This document shows positions 61,202 to 64,000 of a DNA stretch of 64,000 nucleotides, in pieces. The position numbers and the translations under genes are program-made. Each line of letters starts with the position of its first letter. Positions within the stretch are counted from its first letter, which is position 1. The DNA is taken from positions 5,685 through 69,684 of the forward strand of contig CAWFDA010000024.1 in assembly GCA_963814475.1 (NCBI GenBank), given 5' to 3'. This stretch comes from an uncultured Bacteroidota bacterium (GTDB lineage Bacteria; Bacteroidota; Bacteroidia; AKYH767-A; OLB10). The notes below the pieces were generated by a model. It ran no database searches. It was given only the letters and a program-made list of their open reading frames with translations, and had not been told where the DNA came from.

Positions 61202-64000
61202 ACAAGGCTACATTGCCGGGTTCAATAATTCGTTCACCAACAACATCATATTTGGTAATTACAGGAACACCATTAACTACAGTTTGCATATCACCATCAG
61301 GCCTTTTAACAAGTCGATTTGTGTACAATAACCGAATTTCAGGATTGTTTATCATAGTGTTCATGAAATTATCAAACTTTTTAGTTAATGATTTATCCTC
61401 GGTCCGATCAATTTTGGCAGCATTTAAACTTACCAAAATATATTTAATTTCTTTTTTCTTTAATTCGGTAGCCACTAAAGTTTTATCATCATTTACACTT
61501 GAAGATATAGTTTTATAAATTCCTAACTGGTTATCCATATAAACTCTTGTATCGTTATTTACGATATGATATTTTAGAAATGTAGAAATATTGATAAGTT
61601 TTGCTTTTTTATCTCGATTTAAGGTGTTAAGAATATTTTGTTCGGCAGGAGAAAAGAATTGTTTAAATACTTGCTTTTCGTCCTGGGTTCCTATTGCATA
61701 TTTTACAAACGGAGGATCCATAAATACTGCAAATTTTATTTGATTCACATCTTTCTGATATAAAAAACTTATTGGAATAAATTGGAAAGGAAGAATGAGC
61801 AAAAACCAGATTCCTGTACAAACACTCATGTACCTTTTAGCAAATTGAATATTCGAGGTAGAAAATTGATTTTCATTTGTTACAAATATTGCAATAACCA
61901 GTGGAATTAAGGAAAAGCCAACAATTCCATACCAAATAATACCGCTAGCCAACAATAACCAATATTGAATTATGCAATAAACGAAAAGAATTATATGTTT
62001 GGAGATTTTATTTAATCCTGTTAAGCTGCTTTTAAAAACAAAGTAGATAGGGAATGGAGAATACAACAATCATTACAAAGCACTGTGCGAGTCCTTGTGT
62101 TGTTAATAAATTGTAGAACGGAAGCAATAAATTTCCTATTAAGAGCAAGTTGTTTTTTTATGAAAACGTAAATAGGAAGAAACAAGCTTCTTAAAAACTC
62201 AGAATCACTGAAACTTTCTGTTTTAAATGATTCAAAAATTACATTAAGGTCAAGTGTGCCACTTACTAAATGAACCGATAACATTGATACTATCAGCCAC
62301 AGCAGGAGCAACATCATTTTTAGCAGGTTCCAATGAATATTGTTCGCTTAAAGGCAAATATGAATAGGGGCATTAAAATTAGCAATGAGAATTCCTGTAT
62401 CTGCAGAACCCATTCTCACATTATTTTTAGTTACTATGTCGTAGGGAAGTGAGATAAAACGAATGATGCCTTTTTCGTAACCAAGATACCGTCTTATTTC
62501 TTCAACTTTCTCAGGATTAGATGAAGCAGTTTCCTTTGAATACGTTTCATACTTTCTATTTTCTTTCGTTCTGCGATCTCCAATATAAGACGGTGGAGGT
62601 GAAGGGGCCTTCGTTGGAAGCAAAATACCAAAACCGGCGTTTTTAGCCTTATGGGGTTACCAGTGTAGGTCAATTTATTGGTGTTCTTGAAATGGTCTTC
62701 AGAACCATGTGAGATTGGATTTGGTCCGGAATATAATTCTTTTAGTGGCGATTTGCCGGTTAAGATGCTTTCGATGGAAATCTTGTTTATTCTCGGATAC
62801 ATTTTTTATGGCCCAGGGAAGGAATGTGATTCCAAATGCAATTCCAAATACTAGTGCAGTTTTGGTTGCCATTAAAATTCCGTTTTTGTTTTTTCGAATA
62901 GCAAAAAAGAGAGCAATTAATCCTAAAGATAAGGGAACTAGAAATCGAATAGAAACAACTCTTTTTCAAATGCAGCAAATTTGGTAAGATCTAAAAAAAA
63001 GATAAGAGCAAAATTTATAAAAAATATAGTTATTGCACCATGCTTACCTGAGTATTTGTAGAAGATGATAACTAAAAACGCAAACAGACTAATCATAGAA
63101 ATATATTTAATACCAAAAGCAAAACCTATTAGAACACCACAAACAATCCAAAGGGTTATTTCCGGTGAAAACGGGAAAGGAAGTTATATTTTCTTTGGTT
63201 TTTTGAGTTGTGGATGATCGCTTGAATGGATAAGAATACAATTAAACTACACAGGGTAATGAATAGAAAAGCGAGATCAATTTTTTCGTCGTTTTTTGAT
63301 TGCCATATGGTATTTGGCAGGGAGTAGAACACTGCAGCAGCAAAAATGTATCCAGCTACGGCTTAGTTTCAACATCAATCCAATTTTGTAAATCGCCACC
63401 AAACATAAAATTCCCGGTATAACCGAAATCAGGATACTCACCAATGAACTCTTATACATGATCATTCCCAGACTCATCATAATAGACCAGTTGTAAGCAT
63501 CACCGCCTTGTGTAAGTCCATGATACCCTTCAATAAGTTTCGCAGTATTCATATATAAACTTAAACTGTCGAAACCTACCGGATAAAGTTTTGAATCGAA
63601 GCAAAGAGTAATAGCAACTAACAAAATCATAAACGCATACGCTGCCAATGCAAGTACATGTACTTTGAAAGGTTCAGATTTTTTAAGTAGTAATTCTTTA
63701 ATTAATAAAAATGTTTGCTTCCAACCCGGGATTATTAGCAAAAGTATAAAGGGTAGTACCACGAATTGATATAATATTCCTGCCGCACCCAGCAAAAAAA
63801 GACCCAAAGTAATTATAAAAAATCCTAGTGCAATACTTATTAAAGCCTTTGATGAGACTTCCAGATTTAATGGTAATTTTGACAAAACAAATGATCCAAC
63901 ACTTAATGCCGACAGAAGAATAATTCCAAATCCGGCATGAAATAAAAGTGTTCTTAAAATAAAAGCAATTGTTCCCGACGCAGCGTTTGGGATTATGGAT
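61188..64000 (-). pseudogene. very large polytopic membrane protein (GT-C-like candidate), fragmented into at least 5 frames, N-terminus off-window
   Basis: The minus-strand ORFs 63277..63885, 62787..62978, 62348..62623, 62021..62317 and 61188..62069 are consecutive and mostly hydrophobic, with a soluble C-terminal domain. The reading frame continues past nt 64000. Confidence 0.45.

Overview
This is an AT-rich segment that looks like Bacteroidota: three proteins carry T9SS type-A C-terminal sorting domains and TAnnTTTG -7-type promoter motifs are present. No rRNA, tRNA or CRISPR array was recognised by eye.

Left third (about 1-20.3 kb): accessory DNA. It tiles into about nine gene blocks. 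Each block starts with a GTT-type box, and seven of the nine end in a box that is its reverse complement, followed by an imperfect hairpin. That is the architecture of an integron cassette array (attC R'/R'' logic), but no IntI gene is visible in the window. Embedded in this array are:
- two IS1182-family elements;
- an IS91-like Y2 transposase plus tyrosine recombinase unit;
- a roughly 2 kb bacterial group II (class C-like) intron with a decayed reverse transcriptase;
- an internally deleted, ORF-less copy of the same intron;
- a three-gene cassette (cytoplasmic trypsin-like protease, AAA_21 ABC-type ATPase, RloB/Toprim protein) that resembles AbiL/OLD/PARIS-type anti-phage modules;
- cassettes rich in SRPBCC, VOC and DinB small-ligand or stress proteins.

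Remainder of the window (20.3-64 kb):
- a four-gene operon encoding two membrane proteins, a membrane-anchored decahaem c-type cytochrome and a VIT1/CCC1 transporter, behind a perfect 11-bp inverted repeat;
- a histidine kinase / OmpR-type response regulator pair;
- T9SS cargo proteins;
- a SulP permease, PPK2 and TMEM175 channel block;
- katG, two GNAT acetyltransferases and a CPA2 antiporter;
- a glycan locus rich in sulfotransferases (four sulfotransferase domains, three GT4, one GT2, DUF2304 and a very large GT-C-like membrane protein).

Many otherwise recognisable genes are broken by frameshifts or stops. This indicates either indel-prone sequence or real gene decay. All family assignments are from motif recognition by eye, not database searches.
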